A stretch of DNA of 64,000 nt, taken from contig NW_003314261.1 of assembly GCF_000143415.4 (NCBI RefSeq), positions 620,001 to 684,000 of the forward strand. The letters run 5' to 3'. Position numbers and translations under genes: made by a program. Each line of letters begins with the position of its first letter. Positions within the stretch are counted from its first letter, which is position 1. The notes below the pieces were generated by a model. It was not told where the DNA came from. It saw nothing but the letters and a program-made list of their open reading frames with translations, and searched no databases. The DNA comes from Selaginella moellendorffii. Its lineage: Eukaryota > Plantae > Lycopodiophyta. Positions 51,259 to 62,685 of the stretch are shown here, in pieces.

Positions 51259-53236
51259 ATGAAGCTGCTCAACAAGATCTTCCACAAGAAAAACGATCGA
51301 AGCCCCGTGTCGTCGCCGGATGGAGGCGGCAGCGGCAGCAGTGGCAGCAGCAGTGGCCCGGCCATGGCGAAATATTTCTCCAGGAGCTCGGTCATGTCTC
51401 CAAGAACGAAATCGGTGGATGCCGCCAAGGTGCTGCGCGTGCTGGGCGCCGAGAACAGGGATCAGGAGGCGCAGATCATCAAGCAGATGGAAATGCGAGC
51501 CGAGGTGGATCCCGACTCCACGGATGTGTCGTTCGAGGAGGTGGAGGATCACAGGCACCCCGAGAGCTTTGCGAGGCCCACGACCCCGGGCTTCTTCTCC
51601 GAGCACAGGAGGTCTTTGGATTCCTTCGGCGACACCTCGTCGTTCGAGAGCCGATCCATGTCTCCGACACCATCTTCGCGGCTAAGTCCTGCCAACGATC
51701 CGTGGTGTCGATCTCCTCAAAGTCCTCTCAGTGGTAACGGGTATAGCTTAGCGCTAGCAGCGGCAGCAGCAGTCACTCCTGGGAACACCATGACAGATTC
51801 TTCTCGTGTTCCACACCCTCTTCCATCGCGATCGCCACCTCCCGCAGCAGCAGTGTGTCCTCGTGCTGGGAATAGTTTGCGAACCGCGGCGCCAGCTCCG
51901 TTGCCTCTCCCGAGGAAATCACTGGGATGCGCTCTGGATTTCTCGCATCGAAAGAGTTCCGAGAGGTCACCGCGCTTCTCACAGTCTCCACAGTCTCCCC
52001 GCTGGTCTCCTCTCCACTCGCCACAGAGATCTCCTTCCCGGCTGCTAAAGTGTCAAAAGCTCCAGGAACTGGGACGTGGATCTTTCGCGACGGTGTACGA
52101 GGGATTCATGTAAGGTTTTTCGTTCTTCTTTCTATCGTTGGTGGCTCGTTTTTAGCCTGATCTTTTCAGGGAGGATGGGAGCTTCTGTGCTATCAAAGTT
52201 GTGCACGACTCAATCATGACCGAAGAGACCACGAAGGTGAAAAGTCGTCTGCTCTTGTGCTAACATAAATGTTTTCGTTTCTTCAGGAGGTCCAACTTCT
52301 TAGTCAGCTGAATCACCCCAACATTGTGAGGTACCTAGGAGCTTGCATTGTGAGCATCTCGAGGTTCCATGGAATTCATTCTCTTAACACTTCGTTGTCT
52401 TTGGGAACAGGATGAAACTGGCTCCCTCTGCATCTTTCTGGAGCACATGAAATCCTCCCTGAAGACGATACTGAACAAACTTGGCGGTTTCGAGGAGAGC
52501 ACGATACGTGCGTATACACGTCAGATACTTCACGGGCTGGTTTATCTTCACGAAAATCATACGATCCACAGGGACATCAAGTGTGCAAACATTCTAGTCG
52601 ACTCTCTCGGCCAGGTCAAGCTTGCCGACTTTGGTGTTGCGAAACAGGTATTCCTGTGCTTGTTTTTTTCCTTAGTCGCATTAGTCGCTTTAATCTGAGC
52701 TTTGCCGCCGCTTGCAGACCCCACTGGCGTCGTCTTTGAAAGGTACACCGATTTTTATGGCACCGGAGGTACGTTTTGTGAGAGTCAAAATGCGTGACTT
52801 GAGGGGAGCTAAGAATTGGTTGTCGTTTCTAGGTGGTGACTCCAAATCCATCCAAAAGATCCTATGGAACTGCCGTGGACATATGGAGCCTTGGCTGTAC
52901 AATTTTGGAGATGTCAATGGGGAAGCCTCCTTGGAGTGACTTGGGGGTGAGTGAAGAACAAAAAAAATCCTTTTTCTTGTTTTCAATTGACATTTCGTTG
53001 TGATGTGCCAACAGTTCGGGGTTTACTTCAAACTTTCGAAAGGAGAGGCCCCTCCAATCCCAGACAGCTTGAGTCCTATAGCGAAAGACTTCGTTCAACA
53101 ATGCCTGCTCTTCAATCCGGAAGACAGACCAAAAGCCATAGAGCTTCTCCAACACCAATTTGTATTAAACGCGCCGTCATCCGTGCCGTCTTTCCCCACG
53201 TCGCCGTTGGCGTCCCCAAGAGCCTCGCCAATGTGA
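51259..53236 (+). CDS. MEKK-type MAP kinase kinase kinase, multi-exon
   Basis: Ser/Pro-rich N-terminus; [76 protein letters not shown]. Confidence 0.93.
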
Positions 53237-53741
53237 GTCCGACGAGTTCTCTAATTCTTTTTTTGTCCTAACTTGTGATTTGCCTGAAGCAGCCACAGGC
53301 AAAGTGGTGCGAGGAGTTCACTAGTGCAAGACACGACACACTTCCATCCAATCGAGGGGCTGAGACGAAACGGGAACCTGACCATGATAACACGAGAGGA
53401 CTCCGGATTCTCAGCCGTGATCCACAGAACTCGTCTAGAACCTCAGCAGATGATTTATAGAACTCCTCTCAACTTGGGGAGAGAGCCAGAGCTTCAGGGG
53501 CTTGTGCTATAGCTTCCCGGCAGCTGGTTTTTTGTAGAAATGATATATAATCTGTAAGTATATCTTCCTGGTTTGCTTTTCGTTGCTCGGATCTAACTAG
53601 AGTTTCTTGCGATCAAAGGCTCCATTGTTTCCTAAACCGTGAAGATCTGCTGCCGCTGCTATGCTACGATCGACGAATACCAGAGAAAGCTATGATCGAC
53701 GACAGAGAAGCAACGGAGACGGAAGAGGAAGAAGAACAAGG

Positions 53742-54095
53742 CTACATGACGATGCTTGGAGGAAGCCTCGAAGGCATGAAGACGAGACCCATCAAGAGCA
53801 CGAAGATGATGAGAGGGACGAGCATGAGGAAGAGAGGCGGGGGTGGAAGTGGTGGTAGAACAATGGGAAGGACAACGACCAGGACGGCCACCACAGCCAG
53901 CAGCGTGAGCGAAGCACAGTCGAAGTAGTTTACCATGAACAGTGGATCCGAGACGCTGCGATCAGACGAACCATCCGAGGCGGATCTCCGTGGATCAACT
54001 TCTACACCATCAAGCTCGAGCTCAAACGTTTTCTTCGAAGAACACGCGCCGCAGAGACACGAGGAGGAGGAAGAGGAGGAGGAGCTCACGCTCAT
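53742..54095 (-). CDS. ARGOS/ORGAN SIZE RELATED (OSR) family protein
   Basis: TM-LPIVLPPLPPPP-TM (LFLMLVPLIIFVLLMGLVFMPS), the OSR-domain signature. Start uncertain (54095 or 53936). Confidence 0.8.
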   Translation of the reverse strand: MSVSSSSSSSSSCLCGACSSKKTFELELDGVEVDPRRSASDGSSDRSVSDPLFMVNYFDCASLTLLAVVAVLVVVLPIVLPPLPPPPLFLMLVPLIIFVLLMGLVFMPSRLPPSIVM

Positions 54096-54830
54096 CTTAG
54101 AACAAGAGGTCTTGCTCGATCGCTCAGGCCGGAGGAGGAAGAAGAAAAGGAGGAAGAAAGGCCACTGTCTATCATTCTCAGGTTGTTGCAAAGAAGAGAG
54201 ACAATTACGCTGGAGAGATGCAGTGAACTGGAGCAAAAGTCCTGGATCGATCACAGCAGCAGCAGCAGCAGCAGCAGCAGGAGGTAACAGCACCTACATT
54301 CATTGCATTGACATTAAAATCTCCCTTGCCAGGTTCTTTTCTTTCCAGTCCTCGAGGAAGAAGGAAGCTCTCGAAATATTCCCGTAAACTCTTTCGCTGT
54401 GCGGCGTCGCTGTTCTTGCGCAGCGCGAATCACCAAGTGTAAGTGTGTGTGAGAGAGAGGTAGAGCTTAAAGCCACGGAGAGAGAGAGAGAGAATGGAGA
54501 GAGGCCAAGTTCTTCCCCCCCTTGCTAATGCTCTACGTCTTTTTCTCTTCTCACACCCAACAAAAGAAACAAGAAAAGAAAGAGGGGTCGCGAGAGAATC
54601 GCCAGGAACCTTGTTCGATTCAGAGAAGCTTTGGTGTTTTTTTAATCTTTGCTTGAAACATGGAGAACAAGAATGGAGGTCGAATTTTGGGCTTGTACAT
54701 GCATGATTCAGTGCTCTGCAAATGCGTCCTCTCGGTCCCCAAAAGGAGGAAACCTCCATTGTTGTCTCGCGATTATCTCTGTTTTTTTTTTTTCGCAGTG
54801 ATTTGATTCCTTGATTCCACTGTCTCCTCC

Positions 54831-54899
54831 TTTGGTTTGGCGCTAAAATGGATCAAACACTTCGGTTTCGCGGTAAAATGGATCAAACACTTTGGTTTG
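54831..54899. repeat. 30-bp tandem repeat, ~2.3 copies
   Basis: TTTGGTTTGGCGCTAAAATGGATCAAACAC / TTCGGTTTCGCGGTAAAATGGATCAAACAC / TTTGGTTTG. Confidence 0.85.
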
Positions 54900-55080
54900 A
54901 GAGACCCCAGAAGTAATATAACGGTCGTGGTGAGATCACGATTACGACACAGTTGCTGGGGTCCAATCCGACCACCGTTAGTTCTAAGCATCTGGGTCAT
55001 CGCAAAACGGCATTTCCTCACGTGGGCAGTGATCACTCCCTCGAATTCCACGCTCGATCCAATCGATCTCGGCAATCTCT

Positions 55081-56883
55081 CTAGCTCCAGATTGATACCA
55101 TGTTGGCGATGAGCAGCGCATACGCTGCAGCGTTCTCGCCATCCAGTTCCAAAACCTCGTGAGCTGCGCGAATTCCTAGCTCCCCGCCCTGGAGCTGGAG
55201 CTGGAACTTACACGCAGCGAGGACGCACATCCAGTCGAGAGAATCTGGCGCGAAGGGCATGTCCAGCACAAGTTCCATGGAGTCTCTCACGCATCCGGCC
55301 CGCCCAAGTGCGTCCACGACGCAGGTGAAGTGCTGCTTCTTGGGCTCCAGGAAGAAATCCTCGCGCATCGACGCAAAGCAGCGCCGGCACGCCTCCAGTT
55401 CCCCGCCGTGAGTGAATGCCAGCAGCGCCTGGACGAAGCACGACTCGTCCGCCTCCTCGAAGACCACCTTGAAAAGATTGAATTGGTCGACAAAATCTCC
55501 AGCGGTGGGAGTCCTGGCATCGTTCCTCGCGAAAGTGTTGTGCGAATGGGCGGCAAGCACGGCAGACCAAGACAGTACGGACTGTTCCGGGCTGGCGTTC
55601 AAGGTTTTCATGGCCTCACACGCAAGACCGCATTGTCCGTACGCGAGGATCATGGCCGTCCAGGTCACGTCGCTCTTGTCCGGCATTGCACGAAAGAGTT
55701 CCTCTGCTTCCAGCAGATGCCCTGTAGCGGCAAATGCTGCTAGCATGCAGTTTAACGTTGCAAGGTTCCACTCAGGCATTTTGTCAAAGAATTCTTTTGC
55801 TAGACCAATGTGTTGAGACACGCAGTAGCCAGTAAGCATAGAAGTTAAAGTTATAATGTTCTTTTGTGGCATTGATTTGAGCAAGTTGGCGCACTCTTCC
55901 GGATACGAGCCTTGGGCAAGCCCGTCCAAGAGCGTATTCCATGAAACTAGATCCCAGTAGGGCATTTCCTTCAAAAATAGCTTCTTGGCCTCGTCAACTC
56001 GACTGTTTTGAGCAAATGCCGAGAGCATCGTGTTCAAGGACACAATGTTCCAAACCGGCATCGTTTCATAAAAGAAAAGTCGGGCACATTCTACACGGCC
56101 AGCCTTGGAGAACGCTGCAAGCATGGAATTCATTGATACCAAGTTGTGCTCCTGCATAACGTCAAAGAAGATCCGTTTCGCATCTTCCACAAACCCACAC
56201 TGGGCATACAAAGACAGAATCGTAGTCCAGGAAAACAGATCATGCTCTGGCATAGAAAGGAATGTCTCGTTACATTTCTCAAGCTTTTGTGCCTCGGCAA
56301 AAGCCAGCAAAAGGCTGTTCCAAGACACTAGATTCCTCTCGGGCATGGTATCAAAGATTCCTTTTGCACTTCCAAAATCTCTTTCTTGGGCGTATGCATC
56401 TAGCATTGCGTTCCAAGAGACAGTATCTCTTTCCGGCATAGACGAAAAGATATTCTTAACCAGGGAAATATTCCCAGTGATGCATAGGAGAGCCGTCCAG
56501 GCAAACAGATTCCTCTGTGGCATAGAATCAAAGGCTTCTACCGCAAGACCTATATGTCCGTTCTGGGCATATGCCGTCACTAGAGAAGTCCATGACAAGA
56601 GATCTTTCGAGGGTATTTGATCAAAAAGAGACTTCAACTCATCAATCTTTTTCGATCTCCCATAAGCTGCAAGAACTGTGTTATAAGAGACGGTGTCTCG
56701 TCGGGGCATGGAATAAAACATGAGTATCGCATCTGCTAGATGCCCTGTTCGGGAATATGCTGAGAGAAGTGTGTTCCACGCGATGATCGTCTTCTCCGGC
56801 AATGTGTCGAAGATTTGCTTTGCTCGATGGAGACTCCCGGATCGCGAATAGTCTCGGAGCAAAAGAAAGGAATCTTGGAGCAT
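55081..56883 (-). CDS. PLS-class PPR protein with E-type C-terminus, no DYW
   Basis: Intronless; ~31-aa repeats (F.SMP.R..VSWN.ML.AY); HFTCVVDALGRAG; AAAYALL. Confidence 0.92.
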   Translation of the reverse strand: MLQDSFLLLRDYSRSGSLHRAKQIFDTLPEKTIIAWNTLLSAYSRTGHLADAILMFYSMPRRDTVSYNTVLAAYGRSKKIDELKSLFDQIPSKDLLSWTSLVTAYAQNGHIGLAVEAFDSMPQRNLFAWTALLCITGNISLVKNIFSSMPERDTVSWNAMLDAYAQERDFGSAKGIFDTMPERNLVSWNSLLLAFAEAQKLEKCNETFLSMPEHDLFSWTTILSLYAQCGFVEDAKRIFFDVMQEHNLVSMNSMLAAFSKAGRVECARLFFYETMPVWNIVSLNTMLSAFAQNSRVDEAKKLFLKEMPYWDLVSWNTLLDGLAQGSYPEECANLLKSMPQKNIITLTSMLTGYCVSQHIGLAKEFFDKMPEWNLATLNCMLAAFAATGHLLEAEELFRAMPDKSDVTWTAMILAYGQCGLACEAMKTLNASPEQSVLSWSAVLAAHSHNTFARNDARTPTAGDFVDQFNLFKVVFEEADESCFVQALLAFTHGGELEACRRCFASMREDFFLEPKKQHFTCVVDALGRAGCVRDSMELVLDMPFAPDSLDWMCVLAACKFQLQLQGGELGIRAAHEVLELDGENAAAYALLIANMVSIWS

Positions 56884-56928
56884 CAAAAGGTTAACAAAAA
56901 GAGCGGAATGTTTTCAACAAAACAGTAT

Positions 56929-57001
56929 TGGAAATGGGAGGTATCGATCCTCCTACCCCCTACTTGCAACGTAGATACTCTACCAATTGAGCTACATTCC
57001 C
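56929..57001 (-). tRNA. tRNA-Ala(TGC)-like gene, 73 nt
   Basis: GGGAATGTAGCTCAATTGGTAGAGTATCTACGTTGCAAGTAGGGGGTAGGAGGATCGATACCTCCCATTTCCA folds as a full cloverleaf with G3:U70, A73 and T-loop ATCGATA. TATA-like element ~30 nt upstream, T4/T5 tracts downstream. G32 is atypical. Confidence 0.8.
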
Positions 57002-57096
57002 TAATCGTTAACATTAATTTAATGGCCCAATATAATGATATAATGACGTATTTGTTTATCCAAATTTTTTAGGGTTTGGATTTGTGATTTTAGGGT

Positions 57097-58502
57097 TTGG
57101 AATTGAGATGGCGCAGCGTGCTCTTCCCGCCCAATCAGTACACGAGGAAATTCCTCGAGATCAACCAGCCCCTGGTCACATTCGTCCCTAAGGCACCATC
57201 CACGGACAAGGTGCGAAGCAGGAGAATGCCCAACGAGGTTTTGCAGCACGCGATGAAGAGAGCCCTTCTCCGCCACTTCATTACTTCCAGCCGGTAAGCA
57301 CGCATTCCATGTTTCACTTATAGTCTCATTCTCTGCACAGAGTAGCCAAGTCTTGCACTAAGTTATTATTGATGGCCTTTTGGTATCTCACCAAGCCATC
57401 AGCATTATCGGAAAATTACAGACATGGCTTGGAAGTCAACGCTAGCTTTGTGGAAACTGAAGACAAAGGAAATGACCACTCAGCTCAAGAAGCTGAGGTC
57501 ATCGAACTGAAAGCTGGTTACAAAGAGGAAGACATGAAAGTGGAAACTGCATCAGAGGTATGATCCATCTCAAGTCTTGCAATTTTCTCAGTTATGATTT
57601 CCTAGATCAAAGAAAGAGACGATGACGACGAAGCTGATACATCCGAAGCAGAGTCTCTCGATGGAACTGATCAGGGATCAAGAGAAAGGATCTCCTTGTC
57701 AAAGTATTTGATCCTCGGGTGTTCAAGCTTGGAGACTTCGACGACCCCTGGGTCACGGTTTTGGCAATTGGAGAAACGAAAACGCTGGAGAAGGATGCGA
57801 TCTATCAAGCTCTGGCCTACGCTTGCAAGGAAGGACTTGTTAATCTCCACAAGGAACGCGTGGCTCCGATCTTTGTCATGCAATGGGCTTTCAATCGTTG
57901 AAGTTACGCCGTGCTTGACATATACGGATCGGTCAGTCTTCTGGGAGTTGCGATCACCGATGAGTCCTACGAAGGTACTCCACGTTTTAAGTTTTCATTC
58001 TCCGGTTTTCACCGTATTTCTGGCCTTGTGATGCAGATTTCAAGAAACAGCAGAAGAGCCGATAGATGCACCTGCACAGGAAAGGTGACGTCGAGCTACG
58101 GTTTTCCAAAGACGATCTTCAAAAGAAGCTAAGTTGCGGGTGGGATCTTATGCGCAAAAACTGCAGCTCATATCCGGAAATCGACTACCCGGATGGTCGG
58201 TATCTTGTTGCTGAGGTTTTTATCGAGAAACGAGTAAGATAGCTTTCGGGCTTCCAGTCGGTTGTCTGTCTTGACCATTTGTTTTTTCTTAGAACTTCTG
58301 TCTACCATCCCTGAACGTCGCCATACACACGAATGTTGGTGTTTTGAAGCTGTTTGAGGCACTCATGAAGATTGTGATCGGAGATGAGTGTTTGAAGTGG
58401 AGTGTTGAGGATGTTGAGCGAGATGTGGCGTGCAGGGAAGAGTACCATGGTCGGATTATGGGTGCTCTTGTGGATCCACCTCCAAAGCGTCAGAAACTCT
58501 AG
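57097..58502 (+). pseudogene. Decayed paralogue of the 632-2206 PD-(D/E)XK-like gene
   Basis: FPPNQY..., KVFDPRVF...IGETKT...AIYQALAYA, ITDESYE|DF, LFEALMKIVIGD, DPPPKRQKL*. Shares three intron positions with 632-2206; internal stops (57899, ~58063) and frameshifts. Confidence 0.75.
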
Positions 58503-58691
58503 CAGGATTAGTTATGACAACTGCAAGGATCGTACATACCAACCAAATCTTCCTCATAGGATCTGGCAAAGAAACACTATGGAAGCTGGACTTTTGTGGT
58601 AGTCGCTGTGGACGAAGCCCTCTTGGATAAAAAAACCCAGCCACTAGCATTCAACACTATATCATTGATTCAATTTATCCAAGTGTGTATG

Positions 58692-58697
<6 letters not shown>

Positions 58698-58757
<60 letters not shown>
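58698..58757. repeat. (TA)n microsatellite, ~30 units
   Basis: Pure TA run seen directly. Confidence 0.98.
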
Positions 58758-58760
<3 letters not shown>

Positions 58761-58999
58761 CGGAATATTAAATGTGGGATCTAAAACATGTTTAAACATT
58801 ATATCATTTATATATATGAAAACTCAAATATTAATTGGATAGAAATAAGTAACGAAATACATTTTATTTGCATATAAAACTAAAGCACTTGTTCATGGAT
58901 CTCTTTGCATTCCAACAAGGAGCAAATGCACGAGTATATCACAAGGCTTTTTCTTACTAGGAGTGTGTGGCAAGCCAAGTGGTCACAAAAGAGCGCTAT

Positions 59000-61035
59000 G
59001 GAGTCACAACCTTTGTTTCAGGACTCAAAGGCAACTTATAGCACAAGATGCAAAAGCAAGACTTTGGCACTTGCTTAACTTTTTTGCATGATTAGAGAAG
59101 GATATGCTCTTAAAGCTTGGGATTGCCAGAGTCAGATTCGACAAGATTTATGCTGTTCTTGTCATTGATCATGCTTGCACCATCAACATGGCTTGTCCAG
59201 CTCATGTTCCAAGGGAGAAATTGACAGGTATAGTGATTGGTGGAAATGCAATAGTATCATATTCTTCTCCTCCAATAACAGCAACAGATCTTAGAAGAAC
59301 TGAGACACCTCAGGACACCTGATGTTGATCGTCCTCCATCCTTGGATGATGTTGGCAACATGTTGTTCATACTCAAACAGATTGCCACAAAAGACTATTT
59401 CTGATAGCATTCATCACACCGCCTTCCCCAACAAAAAAGGCTCCCTTCTGTCATCACTAGTGATCATCCCTCATAGCTGCCCACAACGCTCGAGCAACGG
59501 ATTTCCAATGGTTTTTCTAGAGCTACTATATGATGCTTATGTCCCCAGGCTCCACATTCTCCATTGTGCTTCCATCCTACAATACACTCCTCATAACTCA
59601 TTTGTCCAGCCCAACATTAAATACACCACAAATGCCCATTACCCCAGTGGCAACACAAACTGGTGACAAGGCCTCTAGCACCAGCTCCATCTGCGATGAT
59701 GATCTTCTTTCTATTGCAGCTGCTTTGGAGGCTACTCAGCTTGGGCTTCCTACTCCAGCAATTCTGTCACCTTTCTTGGTGATACCTCTCATCACTCACT
59801 CCCAAGGCCATGAAGGAGATCTAGAGAGTGTTGTTAGTGCAACATCTCTTTTAGAGAACCCTCTAGAGCTCTTTACAGCATACTTTGACGGTGCATGATG
59901 CCCTCTCAATCATCAAGTAGGAATTAAAGTATGGATTTTAGACCATTAAGAGAAAAAGGTGGCTCAGCTCTCTAGAACACTTCTAGCAACTTCAGCCAAT
60001 AAGATGGATTATTTGGCCATGATCTCTACCGTGGATCTTGCCTCACAACATGGAATCCACCTTGTCCACTATCTAACAACTTAGTGGCAAGTATCATGTC
60101 TGATATTTGGCAATGAGCAATTGATTTCACGTCTCTATTTTACACTATCAGCTCTGACACCAACGGTTGTTCACTCCCTATGCCAATAAAATCCTCCAAA
60201 TAAACTCTCTCATGAGGCGATTGAGACGATGCATGAGTGAACTTTGACAGCTCCTATAATAATAACCTTCTATGACATAGAGCTGCCTCTAGACATGTTT
60301 GAGACTGCCAACACATCTCCAACCCAGATGATTGTTGCAAGCAAGGCTTCCTTTTGGACAACTTAGATATCAATCTTTAAGCACCAGCCTTTGGATTGAG
60401 TATGAAAACTAACTCTTGGAGATTTTTCATTCTTTCAAGGAAGTATTTGCTTGAGACTACTCCCACCTTAGAGGCATCCCTGTGGAAGTCATTTTCACAA
60501 GATCAAGCTCTTTAATTATGTTGTCCCAGTTTGCTAACACATATGACATTTTAGCATAGCATTGTTGCCATCAATTAAGGAGGAACTCATGAAACTTCTA
60601 CAAGCAGGCTTCATCTCTTTTATCTAGTGTTTATACTAGGTTTTCAATTGTGTAAATCCAATGGCAAATTGTAGATTTGCATAGATTTTTGCAACTTCAA
60701 TGACATCACCTTTCAAGACCACTTTCCAACACCTTTTTTCAATGAGCTTCTGGATGACTTGGTTAACCATGAATACTTCTCCTTCATGGACAGCTTCAGT
60801 ACAGATCACCATTGAGCCATCAAATCACTCAAAGACATTGTCTTAGACACTATGGGACATTCTTTTTTATTCAGTCCTCCTTTACAGCGTATGCAATGCT
60901 GGCTCCACTTTCCAATGTTTCATGACATTTTCTTTTCACGACTTATTAGGAGATTCTCTGTGGGTCTACATGGATGATCTTTCCACAAGGTCACTTCTTT
61001 TGAGGAGCATTTGCAGCACTTTGAGCAGGTTTTCA
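59000..61035 (+). mobile_element. Decayed Tat-like gypsy remnant: archaeal-type RNase H followed by RT
   Basis: 59880-60070 reads YFDGA*CPLNHQVGIKVWILD...ATSANKMDYLAMISTVDLASQHGI; 60580-61030 reads EELMKLLQAGFI, ICIDF, DHFPTPFFNELLD, FSFMD, WVYMDD. Boundaries approximate. Confidence 0.7.
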
Positions 61036-61322
61036 CTTATTGTTAAGAGGCAGCCCTTGGTGACAGTAAACTTGCACTTGTCTAGGTTGAGAGTGAAGTG
61101 ATGATGTTAGGGTTTGACATCTCCAAACAAGGCAGAGTCCCTCATGTGGCAAAACACTAAAGCTTTCACCCCCAAGCAGCTGCACTATTTCATTGGGGTT
61201 GTTTAGGTGGTTTATCCAAGTTGGATTTAATTTAGAGAACAATTCTCAATAAAGATTTTATTCCTCTAGAAACCAAAATTTAATATTGTATTTCTTCCTA
61301 CCTTGCTCTTTCTAGTGTAGAA

Positions 61323-61960
61323 TAAACATTAAACTCAAAAACTGCTACTACAAAAAGGATATGCCCATGTTCTTAACTTTCTTATAAGTTACAAGAATTG
61401 TATTGTAAGAGCTGAGAGTAAAGATCTGCTAAATGCCCTGCTTGGAAATATGGAAGATCATTGTATCAAAGGTTTAGTCTCAAAAGTAAAAAATAATCAA
61501 CACCATATTTCTCAAAAGCATTCAATATATCAATTTTACTGAAAAATAACAGTGGAGATGGGAGGTATCGATCCTCCTACCTTTTACTTGGCTATACCAA
61601 TTGAGCTACATCCTCTGATTATTGAAATTAGAGGATTTTATTAGCATTTTTTTTCTTGGGCTTGGATTTTGGGCAAGATGGCTTGAAGGACGAGGTTCCT
61701 CTGCTGTGAGCGCATCTGAAGCTGTGGAAGATCGATCTGAGGTACTAGAAGATCGATCCAAGACACCGGAAGATTGAGGTGAGGCAATCGAGAGGAGATT
61801 AGCAGCCCCTGGTGACATTCATCTAGGATTCCAATCCGCTCTTCCCACCCACAGTATTGCTCAAGACCAACCTGGTGACATTCGTCCCTGAGGCGGACAA
61901 GGTGCAATGCAGGAGAAGGTTCTGCTGCACGCGATGGAGAGAGCGCTTCTCCGCTCTTGT
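61323..61960. repeat. Duplicated module B (AT-rich spacer + tRNA-Ala pseudogene + 5' fragment of nuclease-like gene)
   Basis: Direct repeat of ~62423-63010 (e.g. AAACATTAAACTCAAA, AGAGCTGAGAGTAAAGAT, GATCGATCCAAGACAC, GGACAAGGTGCAATGCAGGAGA). Confidence 0.85.
61553..61615 (-). pseudogene. tRNA-Ala pseudogene with 10-nt deletion in the anticodon arm
   Basis: GAGGATGTAGCTCAATTGGTATAGCCAAGTAAAAGGTAGGAGGATCGATACCTCCCATCTCCA; T arm intact, one mismatch in the acceptor stem. Confidence 0.8.
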
Positions 61961-61989
61961 ATTTGATAAAAAACACTAATTTTTTTTTT

Positions 61990-62365
61990 ATCTCCCATAA
62001 GCTGCAAGAACTGTGTTATAAGAGACAGTGTCTCGTTGAGGCATGGAATAAAATATGAGTAGCGCATTTGTTAGATGCCCTGTTTGGGAATATGCTGAGA
62101 GAAGTGTGATGATCGTCTTCTCCGGCAATGTGTCTCGATAGAGACTCCCGTCTCAGAGCAAAAGAAAGGAATCTTGGAGCATCAAATCAACAAAAAGAGC
62201 AGAATATTTTCAAGGCCCAAAACAGTATTTGGAGATGGGAGGTAATCATTAACATTAGTTTAATGGCCCAATATAATGATCCAAACCTTTTAGGGTTTGG
62301 ATTTTGGAGGCAATTGAGGTGGTGCCCACCCAATCAGTGCGAGATCAATTAGCCCCTGGTCACAT
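61990..62365. repeat. Duplicated module C: PPR 5' fragment + 15-nt tRNA remnant + start of nuclease-like gene (deleted copy of ~56655-57185)
   Basis: CCCATAAGCTGCAAGAACTGTGTTATAAGAGAC...AAAAGAAAGGAATCTTGGAGCATCAAA...TGGAGATGGGAGGTA...TTAATGGCCCAATATAATGAT...GCCCCTGGTCACATT shared with 56.7-57.2 kb. Confidence 0.88.
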
Positions 62366-62612
62366 TTAAATTCATATTACATTTCTATATGCATCTTCTA
62401 AGATCTTTCTGGCATGGAAAAAAAACATTAAACTCAAAGGCTTATACTGCAAAAAAGATAAACTCTCTCATAAACTACAAGAATTGTATTGGAAGAGCTG
62501 AGAGTAAAGATATATTAAATGCCCTGTTTGGAAATATAAAAAGTTATTGTGTCAACATTTTGCTTCACTTTAGTAATTTCTCAAAAGCATCAATGTTTCT
62601 AAAAAATAATAA

Positions 62613-62685
62613 TGGAGATGGGAGGTATCGATCCTCCTACCTTCTACGTGCTGTGTAAATGCTCTACCAATTGAGCTACATCCCC
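62613..62685 (-). tRNA. tRNA-Ala(AGC)-like gene with non-canonical anticodon loop (possibly pseudogene)
   Basis: GGGGATGTAGCTCAATTGGTAGAGCATTTACACAGCACGTAGAAGGTAGGAGGATCGATACCTCCCATCTCCA; all stems pair, G3:U70 present, loop ACAGCAC lacks U33; T5 downstream. Confidence 0.7.

Noticed and set aside
54831-54899. 30-bp repeats as a CRISPR-like array
   Set aside because: Units are directly adjacent with no spacers, only ~2 copies, eukaryotic context.
58596-58784. ORF with YIYIYI run
   Set aside because: Translation of the (TA)n microsatellite.
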